A stretch of 64,000 bases of DNA from Flavobacteriaceae bacterium. GTDB lineage: Bacteria; Bacteroidota; Bacteroidia; Flavobacteriales; Flavobacteriaceae. The notes under the pieces were generated by a model that was given only the letters and a program-made list of their open reading frames with translations, was not told the DNA's origin and ran no database searches. The DNA is taken from NCBI GenBank assembly GCA_024635765.1, contig JAGXIE010000148.1:4074-68073 (forward strand), in the 5' to 3' direction. Of the stretch, positions 10,592-21,351 are shown piece after piece. Positions within the stretch are counted from its first letter, which is position 1, and every line of letters begins with the position of its first letter. The position numbers were made by a program, and so were the translations under genes.

Positions 10592-12591
10592 TGTCAGTAA
10601 CTGCGATATCCTTTGAAGCACAGATTAAAGAAGGAATACCTAATGTTTTGCCTTCTTCAAAACCGTTTAACAATTCTATAAACCATGCACCAAAGCGAAA
10701 GGACATCTTATCCGCAGAAGAAAAAAAACTGGCCCTTCGCAACGCGTTGCGCTATTTTGATAAAAAACACCATGCAGAGCTTTTACCAGAATTCCAACAG
10801 GAGTTAGAAGTTTACGGAAGAATTTACATGTATCGTTTACGGCCAGATTATAGAATGTACGCGAGGCCAATTGAAGAATATCCTGCAAAATCAAAACAAG
10901 CAGCAGCGATCATGTTAATGATCCAAAACAATCTGGACTATGCTGTAGCACAACATCCACATGAGCTTATTACTTATGGAGGAAATGGAGCCGTATTTTC
11001 CAATTGGGCACAATACAGATTGACCATGAAATATTTATCAGAAATGAATGAAGGACAAACACTGGTCATGTATTCTGGACACCCAATGGGTTTATTTCCT
11101 TCACATACAGAAGCACCAAGAGTAGTTGTTACAAATGGAATGATGATTCCAAATTACTCGAAACCTGATGATTGGGAAAAATTTAATGCACTCGGCGTCA
11201 CCCAATATGGACAGATGACTGCTGGTAGCTACATGTATATCGGACCTCAAGGAATTGTTCATGGAACAACAATTACAGTTTTAAATGGATTTAGAAAGAT
11301 AAAAAAATCACCAAAAGGCAACTTGTTTGTCACATCAGGATTGGGCGGAATGAGCGGTGCACAGCCTAAAGCAGGCAACATAGCAGGATGTATAACTGTA
11401 TGCGCAGAAGTGAACCCTAAAATCACTCAAGTGCGTTTAGACCAAGGTTGGATAGACGAAAAGATAATCGATCTAGACGCATTGGCTGCAAGGGTAAAAT
11501 TGGCCAAGAGTAAAAATGAAACAATATCCATAGCCTATTTAGGAAACATTGTCGACGTATGGGAGACATTCGATAAAGAAAATATATATGTTGATTTAGG
11601 TAGCGACCAAACCTCCTTGCATAATCCTTGGGCTGGGGGTTATTACCCTGTGGACATGTCATTTATAGATGCCAATGAAATGATGGCAAGTAATCCTAAA
11701 CTGTTTAAAGAAAAAGTACAGGGAACACTGCGTCGCCATGCGAATGCAATAAATAAGCACACAGCCAAAGGCACTTACTTTTTTGATTATGGTAATGCCT
11801 TTTTATTGGAAGCATCTCGTGCAGGTGCCGATGTAATGGCAGAAAATGGCATTGATTTCAAATATCCAAGCTACGTACAGGATATTATGGGACCCATGTG
11901 TTTCGACTATGGTTTTGGACCGTTCCGTTGGGTCTGCACGTCTGGTAAACCCGAAGATTTAGCAAAAACAGATAAAATTGCCTGTGATGTTTTGGAAGAA
12001 ATTAAAAAACAGGCACCACAAGAAATACAACAACAAATGGCCGATAACATCCAATGGATAAAAGGTGCTCGAGAAAATAAATTGGTCGTTGGTTCCCAAG
12101 CAAGGATCTTATATGCTGATTCTGAAGGACGCATGAAAATCGCCAAAGCGTTTAATGACGCAATTAACAATAAAGAAATAGGTATAATCGTTTTAGGTCG
12201 TGATCACCATGATGTATCCGGAACCGACTCTCCATATAGAGAAACTAGTAACATTTATGATGGTTCGCGTTTTACCGCTGATATGGCAATACAAAACGTC
12301 ATCGGTGATAGCTTTAGAGGCGCTACTTGGGTAAGCATCCATAACGGTGGAGGTGTTGGCTGGGGCGAAGTCATAAATGGAGGATTTGGTATGGTTCTTG
12401 ATGGTACTAAAGATGCGGAAAGACGCCTAAAATCAATGCTTTTTTGGGATGTGAATAATGGAATAGCGAGGCGAAGTTGGGCAAGAAATGAAGAAGCAGT
12501 GTTTGCCATAAAACGTGCTATGGAGACCGAACCTAATTTACGCGTTACCCTTCCCAATGAAGTTGATGACACACTATTGAACTCGTTATAA
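10591..12591 (+). CDS. hutU: Urocanate hydratase
   Basis: ELITYGGNG, YGQMTAGS, GPQGIVHGT, GLGGMSGAQP, GRDHHDVSG, HNGGGVGWG. Confidence 0.96.
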   Translation: MSVTAISFEAQIKEGIPNVLPSSKPFNNSINHAPKRKDILSAEEKKLALRNALRYFDKKHHAELLPEFQQELEVYGRIYMYRLRPDYRMYARPIEEYPAKSKQAAAIMLMIQNNLDYAVAQHPHELITYGGNGAVFSNWAQYRLTMKYLSEMNEGQTLVMYSGHPMGLFPSHTEAPRVVVTNGMMIPNYSKPDDWEKFNALGVTQYGQMTAGSYMYIGPQGIVHGTTITVLNGFRKIKKSPKGNLFVTSGLGGMSGAQPKAGNIAGCITVCAEVNPKITQVRLDQGWIDEKIIDLDALAARVKLAKSKNETISIAYLGNIVDVWETFDKENIYVDLGSDQTSLHNPWAGGYYPVDMSFIDANEMMASNPKLFKEKVQGTLRRHANAINKHTAKGTYFFDYGNAFLLEASRAGADVMAENGIDFKYPSYVQDIMGPMCFDYGFGPFRWVCTSGKPEDLAKTDKIACDVLEEIKKQAPQEIQQQMADNIQWIKGARENKLVVGSQARILYADSEGRMKIAKAFNDAINNKEIGIIVLGRDHHDVSGTDSPYRETSNIYDGSRFTADMAIQNVIGDSFRGATWVSIHNGGGVGWGEVINGGFGMVLDGTKDAERRLKSMLFWDVNNGIARRSWARNEEAVFAIKRAMETEPNLRVTLPNEVDDTLLNSL

Positions 12592-12607
12592 TTTAAAAAT
12601 AAAAGCA

Positions 12608-13180
12608 ATGAAAAGAAATTTAATTACATTACCGATCATAATGCTCCTTTTGGTAGTAACGTCTTGTAGCTCCGTTAGAGTTGCAGCGGACTATGATAAG
12701 AATGCTAGTTTTAACGACTATAAAACATTTGCATTTTACAAACCAGGCATTGACAAAGCCGAAATAAGTGATTTGGACAAAAGAAGAATTCTTCGAGCCA
12801 TAGAAGCAGAACTTATGTCGAAAGGACTTACCAAATCTGAAGATCCTGATATGTTAGTTAGCATATTTACAAAATCCCAGCAACGAGTAGATGTTTATAA
12901 TAATGCCTGGGGCTGGGGAGGCTGGGGCTGGGGAGGTTTCGGACCAGGTTGGGGCTGGGGAGGTTTCGGACCAGGTTGGGGATGGGGCTGGAACCAACCA
13001 AGCGTATCAACAACAACCGAAGGTACTTTATATATCGATCTAATTGATTCAAAGAAAAAGGAACTCATTTGGCAAGGTATGGGAACAGGTTACATCTCAA
13101 AAAATATGGAAAAAAAGGAAGAGCGTATTAGAGAATTCGTAACGAAAGTTATGGAAAAATATCCTCCTGAAACTAAATAA
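12608..13180 (+). CDS. DUF4136 lipoprotein
   Basis: Lipobox VTSC; GW-rich loop; EGTLYIDLID..WQG. Confidence 0.85.
   Translation: MKRNLITLPIIMLLLVVTSCSSVRVAADYDKNASFNDYKTFAFYKPGIDKAEISDLDKRRILRAIEAELMSKGLTKSEDPDMLVSIFTKSQQRVDVYNNAWGWGGWGWGGFGPGWGWGGFGPGWGWGWNQPSVSTTTEGTLYIDLIDSKKKELIWQGMGTGYISKNMEKKEERIREFVTKVMEKYPPETK
12925..12983 (+). repeat. In-frame 27-bp tandem duplication (GWGGFGPGW x2)
   Basis: GGGCTGGGGAGGTTTCGGACCAGGTTG repeated twice inside the DUF4136 gene. Confidence 0.8.
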
Positions 13181-13184
13181 TAAC

Positions 13185-13218
13185 AAAAAAAGGCTTGAAT
13201 TATTCAAGCCTTTTTTTT
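13185..13218. terminator. Bidirectional terminator
   Basis: AAAAAAAGGCTTGAAT-T-ATTCAAGCCTTTTTTTT between convergent genes. Confidence 0.8.
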
Positions 13219-13235
13219 GTATATCAGATGAGCAA

Positions 13236-13592
13236 TTATAACATTTTTAAATATTGATTGTATTGCTCCACAGTTAGGATTTGCTTTAATCTATGCGTTT
13301 TAGCATCATTAAGTTCTAACAATTCAGCTTTACGTTTCTCCACATTTTTTTGATCGCGAATAATTGTGTTTTTCTTTTCATACACTTCTGTAAATAGCAA
13401 GCGTATTTTTTCTTTTTGATCAGAAGTTAATTCTAACACCTGATCCATATTTGAATAGTTTTCAACTTTTTCAATAGAAATTTCCTTTTCAGTTTTAGAA
13501 ACTAATTTTTTATCGGCTTTTTGAGCGAAAGAATATTGAACGCCTACATACGATAGCATCAAGAAGCTAAAAAATATAATATTTGATTTCAT
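13236..13592 (-). CDS. Exported LTxxQ-type hypothetical protein
   Basis: Signal peptide; LELTSDQK and ILTVEQY. Confidence 0.6.
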   Translation of the reverse strand: MKSNIIFFSFLMLSYVGVQYSFAQKADKKLVSKTEKEISIEKVENYSNMDQVLELTSDQKEKIRLLFTEVYEKKNTIIRDQKNVEKRKAELLELNDAKTHRLKQILTVEQYNQYLKML

Positions 13593-13717
13593 TGCTGTAT
13601 TCTAATTAAACTTTTACAGAGGTTTAAGATACAAAAAATTGTATATCTAAAGAATTATTTATGTTTTAGTGTTCTCTATAAAAAGTATATCTTTGCCGAC
13701 TTTTAGATTCACGCACT

Positions 13718-15340
13718 ATGACCTTACTACAAAAGACCATTAAAAACTTCACTCAAAATCCAAAAAACGATATTCTATCAGGCTTAACGGTAGCTTTAGC
13801 CCTCATTCCTGAAGCAGTCGCATTTGCATTTGTTGCAGGCATAGATCCCCTTGTAGGTCTTTATGGTGCTTTTATGATGGGTATTGTAACCGCTCTATTT
13901 GGAGGAAGACCCGGCATGATCAGTGGAGCTACAGGCGCTATGGCCGTTGTGATGGTACATTTGATACAGAAAGGAAATGAAGTTGGAATGTCTCTACAAA
14001 CACCAATCGAAAATCTTGGATTGCAATGGCTATTCATTACACTCCTTTTTGTGGGTGGCATACAAATACTTGCAGGAGTTTTTAAATTAGGAAAATTTGT
14101 TAGATTGATTCCCCATCCAGTTATGATGGGATTTGTAAACGGACTAGCAATTGTCATATTCTTATCCCAGCTTGGTCTGTTTAAAGAAACTGTAAATGGG
14201 CAAACAACATATATGACGGGACATGCTTTATGGACCATGTTAGGCTTTGTAACATTGACCATGGCAATAATGTTTGGACTTCCTAAACTAACAAAAAAAG
14301 TTCCTGCAGCTTTGGTTGCAATCGTTGTTGTGGCTTGTATAACGATCTTTGGAGGCATAGAGGTGAGTACAGTAGGGTCGTTTATCAAGGAAGGTGGTGG
14401 AACAGGTCTTCAAGGTGAATTACCATCTTTCCAAGCTCAAATTTTTGGTTTGTTTGACACCCTTCAAGGGCATTGGAATTTAATTTTTTCCACTGCTTTT
14501 ATCCTGGCGGCTGTAGGATTAATCGAGTCCTTAATGACCTTAAATTTAATTGATGAATTAACAGAAACTAGAGGTAGTGGTAATCGAGAGTGTGTTGCAC
14601 AAGGAAGTGCAAACTTACTGAATGGTCTATTCGGAGGCATGGGTGGATGTGCTATGATCGGTCAATCAATTATCAATGTCAATTCCGGTGGTCGTGGACG
14701 ACTATCAGGTGCTGCAGCTGCGATAGCATTGCTTTGCTTCGTGTTATTTGGAGCTCCGTTAATCGAACAAATACCAATTGCTGCGTTAGTCGGTGTCATG
14801 TTCATGGTTGTGATAGGTACCTTTGCGTGGAGTAGTTTTAGAATTCTTCACAAAATCCCGTTGGCGGACGCTTTCGTTCTGATAGCTGTATCCGCTATTA
14901 CTGTATGGCAAGATTTAGCGGTTGCAGTAATAGCTGGTGTGATTATGTCGGCACTAGTTTTTGCTTGGAAAAGTGCTACAATGATTAGAGCCCGCAAGCA
15001 TATTAAGGATGATGGCACCAAAGTTTATGAAATTTGGGGTCCATTATTTTTTGGTTCGATCCAAAATTTTAATTTAAAATTTGATCCCAAAAATGATCCA
15101 GATGAAGTAGAAATTGATTTTATAGAGTCTAAAGTTAGTGACCATTCTGGAATTGAAGCTTTGGAAAATCTCGCAGATAAGTATATCGTATTGGGAAAGA
15201 ATATTAAATTCACCCATTTAAGTCAAGACTGTATTACTCTGTTGCTAAAAGCTAATCCAGGTTTCAACAAAGTTATTGAGACCGCAATTGATGATCCTAG
15301 ATATTATGTTGTTTCAGATGTAATGGATAGTGAGGTTTAA
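13718..15340 (+). CDS. SulP family inorganic anion transporter with STAS domain
   Basis: SGLTVALALIPEAVAF, GGRPGMISGATGA, GGMGGCAMIGQS, GPLFFGS. Confidence 0.93.
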   Translation: MTLLQKTIKNFTQNPKNDILSGLTVALALIPEAVAFAFVAGIDPLVGLYGAFMMGIVTALFGGRPGMISGATGAMAVVMVHLIQKGNEVGMSLQTPIENLGLQWLFITLLFVGGIQILAGVFKLGKFVRLIPHPVMMGFVNGLAIVIFLSQLGLFKETVNGQTTYMTGHALWTMLGFVTLTMAIMFGLPKLTKKVPAALVAIVVVACITIFGGIEVSTVGSFIKEGGGTGLQGELPSFQAQIFGLFDTLQGHWNLIFSTAFILAAVGLIESLMTLNLIDELTETRGSGNRECVAQGSANLLNGLFGGMGGCAMIGQSIINVNSGGRGRLSGAAAAIALLCFVLFGAPLIEQIPIAALVGVMFMVVIGTFAWSSFRILHKIPLADAFVLIAVSAITVWQDLAVAVIAGVIMSALVFAWKSATMIRARKHIKDDGTKVYEIWGPLFFGSIQNFNLKFDPKNDPDEVEIDFIESKVSDHSGIEALENLADKYIVLGKNIKFTHLSQDCITLLLKANPGFNKVIETAIDDPRYYVVSDVMDSEV

Positions 15341-15436
15341 AGTGGTTGGCTGTTGGTTAAAATAAATTTTACTCGATTCGATTGCTAGAAACAAGGAACT
15401 ATGCATTAAAACTAATTTATAGTTATAATATGAATT

Positions 15437-15472
15437 AAAAAAAGGGTTTCACAAATTGTGAAACCCTTTTTT
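15437..15472. terminator. Bidirectional terminator
   Basis: AAAAAAAGGGTTTCAC..GTGAAACCCTTTTTT. Confidence 0.8.
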
Positions 15473-15493
15473 AGTATGGTTTAAAGCATTGTA

Positions 15494-17641
15494 TTAATAG
15501 AACTTCGCTCTATGGTCTTCTATCTCTGCAGCTTCTTTTAAAGCGTTATATACTTCTGTTTGAGCAGCATTTACTCTAGTAGTAGTCAATCTATTGGCAA
15601 TAGCTTGATAGTTATCTAGTTTTGGTGCTTCAGTTTTATTGGTAACTTTTAATTTATAAACGCCTTTTTCTCCATCAATTAGACCCGTAGATTCACCAAC
15701 CTTCATGGCAAATACTGCACCAACAACTTTAGGCTCTAAACCAGCCCCAGACAAAGTTGGATTTTTCATATTCACAGCTGCTGCAGTCATCACAGATTGA
15801 TTTTTATTCTTTGCAATTTCCTCAACAGTGTTCCCCGTGATAGTCTCTCTTATCATTTTGGCTTTTTTCTCTTTTCTGATTTCTGGAAGTGCAGTTGCTG
15901 AAGCAGCCTCAACACTCATTAATCCTTTCTTGTCGATTGCTGATACTTGAGCAACGACATAACCTCCACTAGGAATGGAAAAACGTTTTGTGTCACCCAC
16001 TTTTGTCCCATCCTCAAAAGCCCAACGTACAATGGATCTTTGACTTCCAAGTCCTGGAATGTTTTCATCCAGTTCCTTTATACCGTTGACTGGTTTTACC
16101 TGCAAATCTTTCTCTTTGGCTAGTTCTTGGAAATCTTTATCCTGAAGAGCAATCTCAAAGTTTGAAACAGCGTTAAAAGAGGCATCGATGGTTCTTTCAG
16201 ATGGTTCAATTTTTTGTGCCAATGTCGCCACTTTTACCAATCTACTATTTCCTTTTTGACCCAGAATCTCAATCACGTGAAATCCGAAATCAGATTTCAC
16301 CACGCCCAAATCTCCTGTCTTGTTTTCAAATGTATAATCTCTAAATGCAGGCACCATTGCATTATAAGCATACCAATCTAATACGCCTTCCTTTTCATTG
16401 CTAACTTTATCAATTGAGAAGTCCAATAATTTTACGAATTTTTTACGATCTCCTTTAATGACAGTCAATAAACTGTCTGCCGTCGCTTTTGCTTGAGCTT
16501 CAGTCTGAACGGTTTCTTCGGTAGCAGAGCGAGAACCAATAAAAGGAATTAAAATATGTCTTGCCTTAACAGAGTCCGGTAAACTTTTTTCAGCAACCAC
16601 TTTAGTCAATTTATACATTCCGCCATCCTTATATGGACCATAATATTGACCAACCGCCAAATTAAATATACTATCTTGAGCACCAGCAGGTAAAGTTTCT
16701 TTCTTTACGAAAGAATCGTTATATTTTATATCAGAATAGGTGTTGATAAACGCTTCAACATCCGCTGTGTTTTGGAAACCAACAATTGTATCATTCAGTT
16801 TTGAAACATCATTATATTCCACCTTTGTTTCTAACAGAGATAATACATTGTTTTTTACGTCTTCTTCATCTTCAACCGAAGCAACTTCTTTAAATTCAAC
16901 AAAATTAATATCTCTAGAAGCTTCTACTTCAAACTTCTTCTTATGATCATTCATATAAGCAGAAATTTCAGATTTTGACACGCTCACAAGGCTATCGGCA
17001 ACAGTAGTGTAAGGTATTTGAACATATTTTAAATCAACAGTTTCGTTTTCTAAATTATATTCGACCTGTGCCTCACCCAATGTACTCGCAACACCGGCTT
17101 TTATCATGTTAAAATAGGACTGCTGCAGACCACTAAATGCAATAGATTTTTCACTGCTCACCCATTCTTCATAGTTAATCATTGAATTTCCGATTGGAGC
17201 TCTATCAGGACTAATTGCCTTTAAATTAGCAATAAATTCATTTAATTTATTTTCATCAAAAAGACCTGCTTCATTTTGAAAATCAGGAATGCTGGAAAGA
17301 TTTTGCTTCAATAATTCACGCATTTGATCTTTTTCAACTGTCAATCCCAATTCGTCAATCTGTTCTTGCAAAACCGCTTTACGTACTTCCTGATCCCAAA
17401 CACGGTTCATCGCCTGTGTGGAAGTTCCATTTGGACCCATTTGACGTTGCACCAATTCAACTTGCTCCATGAAATCCTCACGATTGATGTCAGTGCCGTC
17501 TATAGAGGCAATTACATCTTGAGACCCTGAAAAAGCGCTAGAATTCCTGAACAAATCAGAAAGAACAAATGCAAACAATGCAAGCGCAATAATTACAATA
17601 AGAAAAATTGAACGTTGTCTAATTTTATTTAAAACTGCCAT
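15494..17641 (-). CDS. PpiD/SurA-like parvulin peptidyl-prolyl isomerase
   Basis: N-terminal TM, SurA-N region, KARHILI...FGFHVI rotamase motif. Confidence 0.88.
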   Translation of the reverse strand: MAVLNKIRQRSIFLIVIIALALFAFVLSDLFRNSSAFSGSQDVIASIDGTDINREDFMEQVELVQRQMGPNGTSTQAMNRVWDQEVRKAVLQEQIDELGLTVEKDQMRELLKQNLSSIPDFQNEAGLFDENKLNEFIANLKAISPDRAPIGNSMINYEEWVSSEKSIAFSGLQQSYFNMIKAGVASTLGEAQVEYNLENETVDLKYVQIPYTTVADSLVSVSKSEISAYMNDHKKKFEVEASRDINFVEFKEVASVEDEEDVKNNVLSLLETKVEYNDVSKLNDTIVGFQNTADVEAFINTYSDIKYNDSFVKKETLPAGAQDSIFNLAVGQYYGPYKDGGMYKLTKVVAEKSLPDSVKARHILIPFIGSRSATEETVQTEAQAKATADSLLTVIKGDRKKFVKLLDFSIDKVSNEKEGVLDWYAYNAMVPAFRDYTFENKTGDLGVVKSDFGFHVIEILGQKGNSRLVKVATLAQKIEPSERTIDASFNAVSNFEIALQDKDFQELAKEKDLQVKPVNGIKELDENIPGLGSQRSIVRWAFEDGTKVGDTKRFSIPSGGYVVAQVSAIDKKGLMSVEAASATALPEIRKEKKAKMIRETITGNTVEEIAKNKNQSVMTAAAVNMKNPTLSGAGLEPKVVGAVFAMKVGESTGLIDGEKGVYKLKVTNKTEAPKLDNYQAIANRLTTTRVNAAQTEVYNALKEAAEIEDHRAKFY

Positions 17642-17841
17642 TTTGTTGTATGTATTTATAAAATATAAGTGCGCGAAAATACCATTTTCTATTAAATAAA
17701 GAAAGCAGAAGTTTGTTTTTTTAGATGATGTTGGTTGATGTGTGATTGTTTGGCGTTAAGTCGCCTGAAACTTAATCTTTTCAATTTTAAAGTCACAATG
17801 GGAGCTTCTAGGTATATTGTTTGTTCTTGATTTGAATTATA

Positions 17842-19131
17842 CTAATCTTCTTGCAGTATTTTTAGTAGTACCAAATCAATTTTTGTGGAAGTGACTTCGA
17901 GAATTGTAAATATAAAATTCTCTATTTGAACCTGATCATTAACATGTGGAATCTCCTCTGTTTCATCAACTATTAAACCTCCAAGTGTCTCATAAGTTTC
18001 ACTTTCTGGCAAATCCAGTTTATAGGTTTCGTTTATGTAGTCAACTTCCAATCGCGCAGAAAATTTAAAGTTGTATTCATCAATTTTTTCTTCTATCAAC
18101 TCCACTGTATCATGCTCATCCTCTATTTCACCCACTAATTCTTCCACGATATCTTCCACTGTAATGATGCCGGAAGTACCGCCATATTCATCAATGACGA
18201 TAGATATGCTCTTTCGTTTTTTAGTGAGCAAATTCAATACATCCTTCACTAGCATTGTTTCAGGTACAAATTCCACAGGCATTACAATGGATTTTATGTT
18301 TTTTGGCTTTTTGAAAAGGTCGAAAGAGTGTACGTATCCCAAGATATCATCAATTGTATCATTATAGACCACGATTTTTGACATGCCAGTAGACGTAAAT
18401 AGTGCATTTAAATCTTTGATTGAGTCTTCAATATCTAACGCTATAATTTCGGTACGAGGAATCATGACCTCACGTGATTTTACTTCAGAAAACTCCAATG
18501 CATTCTGAAAAATCTGTATTTCACTATCAATAATATCGTGTTCTTCAACAGACTCCATCTGCTCACTGATATAATTGCCCAATTCCACTTTTGTCATTAC
18601 TAATTGTACGTCGTCTCCCTGTGCTTTAAATATGTAAATTAAAACCATATTGGAAATCCATATTATAAAATCAGATATGTACCAAAATATCAAATAGAAA
18701 ATGTAAGCGGGAATTGCCAACAATTTAAGCAACGAATTGGCATAAATTTGAAAAAATACCTTTGGCAAAAATTCCGCCGTAAAAAGAATGATCAGGGTTG
18801 AAATGATTGTCTGTGTGAGCAAACTTAAATCGTTCAATACATAATTGACAAATTCATAATTAGATGGCAACATCGATTGAAACCAGTTCACTAATTTATC
18901 TCCCATCAGAAATCCATAGATGACCAAAGCAATATTATTCCCAATGAGCATGGTTGCAATAAACTTCGATGGTTTCTGGGTGATTTTTGATAGTACTACG
19001 GCCAAGAAGCCGCTTTGCTTTTTTTCTATCTCTATATGGATCTTATTTGATGAAACATAGGCGATTTCCATACCAGAAAAGAACGCCGACAAAATGAGGG
19101 ATAAAACAATGATGACCACACCAATATCCAT
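17842..19131 (-). CDS. Hemolysin-family CNNM/CBS/CorC protein
   Basis: SAFFSGMEIA, EFLPK, VMIPR, DEYGGTSGIITVEDIVEELVGEIEDE. Confidence 0.92.
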   Translation of the reverse strand: MDIGVVIIVLSLILSAFFSGMEIAYVSSNKIHIEIEKKQSGFLAVVLSKITQKPSKFIATMLIGNNIALVIYGFLMGDKLVNWFQSMLPSNYEFVNYVLNDLSLLTQTIISTLIILFTAEFLPKVFFQIYANSLLKLLAIPAYIFYLIFWYISDFIIWISNMVLIYIFKAQGDDVQLVMTKVELGNYISEQMESVEEHDIIDSEIQIFQNALEFSEVKSREVMIPRTEIIALDIEDSIKDLNALFTSTGMSKIVVYNDTIDDILGYVHSFDLFKKPKNIKSIVMPVEFVPETMLVKDVLNLLTKKRKSISIVIDEYGGTSGIITVEDIVEELVGEIEDEHDTVELIEEKIDEYNFKFSARLEVDYINETYKLDLPESETYETLGGLIVDETEEIPHVNDQVQIENFIFTILEVTSTKIDLVLLKILQED

Positions 19132-19134
19132 AGT

Positions 19135-19326
19135 TTATTTTTTGTTCCTTTCCTCCATTTTCTTGGCGAAGCGTTTTCTAAAGAAAAACATAAAAACAGC
19201 CAATGCAGCAATAACTAGCAACATATAAGATCTGTTTCTGTCAGAATTCCAATTCACTATGGCTTCATAAGTGAATAGAACAGCAAAAAATAAGTAAGCG
19301 TATTGAAAGAATTTTTGAAGCTTCAT
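19135..19326 (-). CDS. Small membrane protein
   Basis: 63 aa, two TM helices, within the operon. Confidence 0.65.
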   Translation of the reverse strand: MKLQKFFQYAYLFFAVLFTYEAIVNWNSDRNRSYMLLVIAALAVFMFFFRKRFAKKMEERNKK

Positions 19327-19362
19327 GTTGGCAAAAGTTATGATTGGGACAAATATAACTAA

Positions 19363-19914
19363 TTATTCATCTAAATAGATAATACCCGTGACCTCTAATG
19401 CTTCAAAATGTTTAAAATCTTTATCAGAATTAAAGCCATTACCAGTGATGATTTTGGTAGGTGACACCATTCTGAACGCTTCATTGGTAAAGATTTGTTC
19501 ATTCTTTTGATCGTAATATAGCTGATTGGCAAAAATACTGTCATTTTGCTGAGTCACAATGATTACGTTTCGCTGTAGGTCGATTAGATCGTTCTGATCA
19601 TAGGAAATTGCATAATCAGACAGAATAGTGCTTTTTTGACCTTTATCAAAAAGCAGAAGCTTAATGCCATCTGGAAACTCTTGAAAGGCAAATTCTCTAT
19701 TTGAGTAATCCTTCATTTTAGGACTCAAAAGGTTTGCTTTTACTTTTCCCGAATCAGTATATTTAAGGTTAATATTTTCAGCAACACCCACTGGTGCATT
19801 TTGAAGTACACCTATCTGTTGGACTTCCTTAAAGTTATCCTTACATGAAAAAAACATAGTCACAACGAAGGTTGTGACTATGAAGTTTAATTTATGTATG
19901 TTCTGAATTTTCAT
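19363..19914 (-). CDS. lptC: LPS export periplasmic protein LptC
   Basis: YTDSGKVKA, EFPDGI, QLYYDQ, ITGNGF beta-jellyroll pattern; conserved Flavobacteria synteny. Confidence 0.8.
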   Translation of the reverse strand: MKIQNIHKLNFIVTTFVVTMFFSCKDNFKEVQQIGVLQNAPVGVAENINLKYTDSGKVKANLLSPKMKDYSNREFAFQEFPDGIKLLLFDKGQKSTILSDYAISYDQNDLIDLQRNVIIVTQQNDSIFANQLYYDQKNEQIFTNEAFRMVSPTKIITGNGFNSDKDFKHFEALEVTGIIYLDE

Positions 19915-21351
19915 TTACAATTTTGGTACGGTTACGCTAGATTGAATCCAACATCCTATTCTTATGGTAGCACCTTCATTAGAAGCGGCGAAAATATCTT
20001 GACGTGATGGCGCTTTTGCTTCATAACTGGCAGCCAATTGATTAGCGTAAGATGATAAGCTCCCATCAACCCTAGCCGCTTTACGCGCCTCTGATTCTGC
20101 CAACCAATACACGGCTCTTTTATTGAAAACAGTATCTCCACAATCGTTTGCACTGGCAGCATACATTTGTGCAATCTCCAGATATGCTCTTCCCATAGAT
20201 GGGCTTAAGTTCAGTGCTTTTTGGAAATAGCTTCTTGCACTTCCATAACTTCCTTTTTTTCTTAAGCTTTTACCAATGTCATAAGCTCTTCTTGCTTTTT
20301 TCAAAGGATCTTTCTCAAGGTCGTATGCTTCATCCAAATACTTATTTCCTTCAGCAGTTTTACCTTGAGAAAACAACAAATTCGCTACGAAATATTTGGT
20401 TTCTGAAGAAGGTGATGCTGCATCATATGCTTTAACCAATGTCGTGTATAATGGTGCATCCGTACATTCTTTATTAAACATTCTGCTCACCGCACGTTGC
20501 AACCATTCGGCATTATTCTTGTTTTGTTCAAAATCTTTCTGATATAGAGGGATTAAGTTTTCGCAATTGGCCAATTGTCCCATTTTGGTATCCATACTTC
20601 CAGAAATGGTATTATAGTTTTCCAAATAGCTTTCATAAGACTCCTTATATTGTTGCTCTTTGGAGGTTAAAGCTGTTCCTGCTGCTTCTTTTTCAACTAG
20701 TGGATTCAATAACAATGTATAATTATCCCTTTCTTTACTAATTTTTTCAGAAACGTCGTCATACTTATTGAAAACCGTTTGAGCATCTACTTCTTTGGCC
20801 TCATGCATATCTACCACAGTAGAAAAATAAATGTAAAGAGCTCTTGGGCTTTTAAAGTTTGTAACATCTTCTTTATAAGCTCTATCCAACATATCATAAA
20901 TCTGCTTATTGGTAACATTCAAGTCTTTTTGGTAATCATACATTAACTCACCTTTGTCACTCAATATACCACCTTTAGTATAGTTAGAAGGGAAATGGAC
21001 CAATGCTTCATCCCAAAGTTTCATAAGATCATTCAAATAACCCACCTTTTCAGCTCCTGTAGAGTTCTGAATTTTATGTTTCAGAATTTTCTCACCATAA
21101 GCATAAATCGCTCGGTTGAATTTTGGACATTTATTCCTAACTTTCATCCAAGGCCCATATGCCTCATCGTATTTTTTGCTTTTGTAGTAATCAGTAAAAA
21201 TAGTTAGGTTGGTCATGCACTCTTCGTCTTGTTGAGCATAACTGTGGTTAAAACCTAACAAAAGGGCTGCAACTACTAAAATAATTCTTGTTTTCATTTT
21301 GTTATTCATTATAGGGTTAATCATACTTTCTTTTTTGGAACCATCTGTCAT
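19915..21351 (-). CDS. TPR-repeat exported protein (true start probably MKTRIIL, ~21297)
   Basis: Signal peptide MKTRIILVVAALLLGFNHSYAQ; helical repeats. Confidence 0.75.
   Translation of the reverse strand: MTDGSKKESMINPIMNNKMKTRIILVVAALLLGFNHSYAQQDEECMTNLTIFTDYYKSKKYDEAYGPWMKVRNKCPKFNRAIYAYGEKILKHKIQNSTGAEKVGYLNDLMKLWDEALVHFPSNYTKGGILSDKGELMYDYQKDLNVTNKQIYDMLDRAYKEDVTNFKSPRALYIYFSTVVDMHEAKEVDAQTVFNKYDDVSEKISKERDNYTLLLNPLVEKEAAGTALTSKEQQYKESYESYLENYNTISGSMDTKMGQLANCENLIPLYQKDFEQNKNNAEWLQRAVSRMFNKECTDAPLYTTLVKAYDAASPSSETKYFVANLLFSQGKTAEGNKYLDEAYDLEKDPLKKARRAYDIGKSLRKKGSYGSARSYFQKALNLSPSMGRAYLEIAQMYAASANDCGDTVFNKRAVYWLAESEARKAARVDGSLSSYANQLAASYEAKAPSRQDIFAASNEGATIRIGCWIQSSVTVPKL

Noticed and set aside
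12905-12995. G-rich repeats as a CRISPR or regulatory repeat
   Set aside because: They encode the in-frame Gly/Trp-rich loop usual in DUF4136 lipoproteins.
13861-14388. Long antisense ORFs in the track (e.g. 13861..14388, 23873..24319, 45923..46444, 32874..33266)
   Set aside because: They are shadows opposite well-supported genes, with no motifs or initiation signals.
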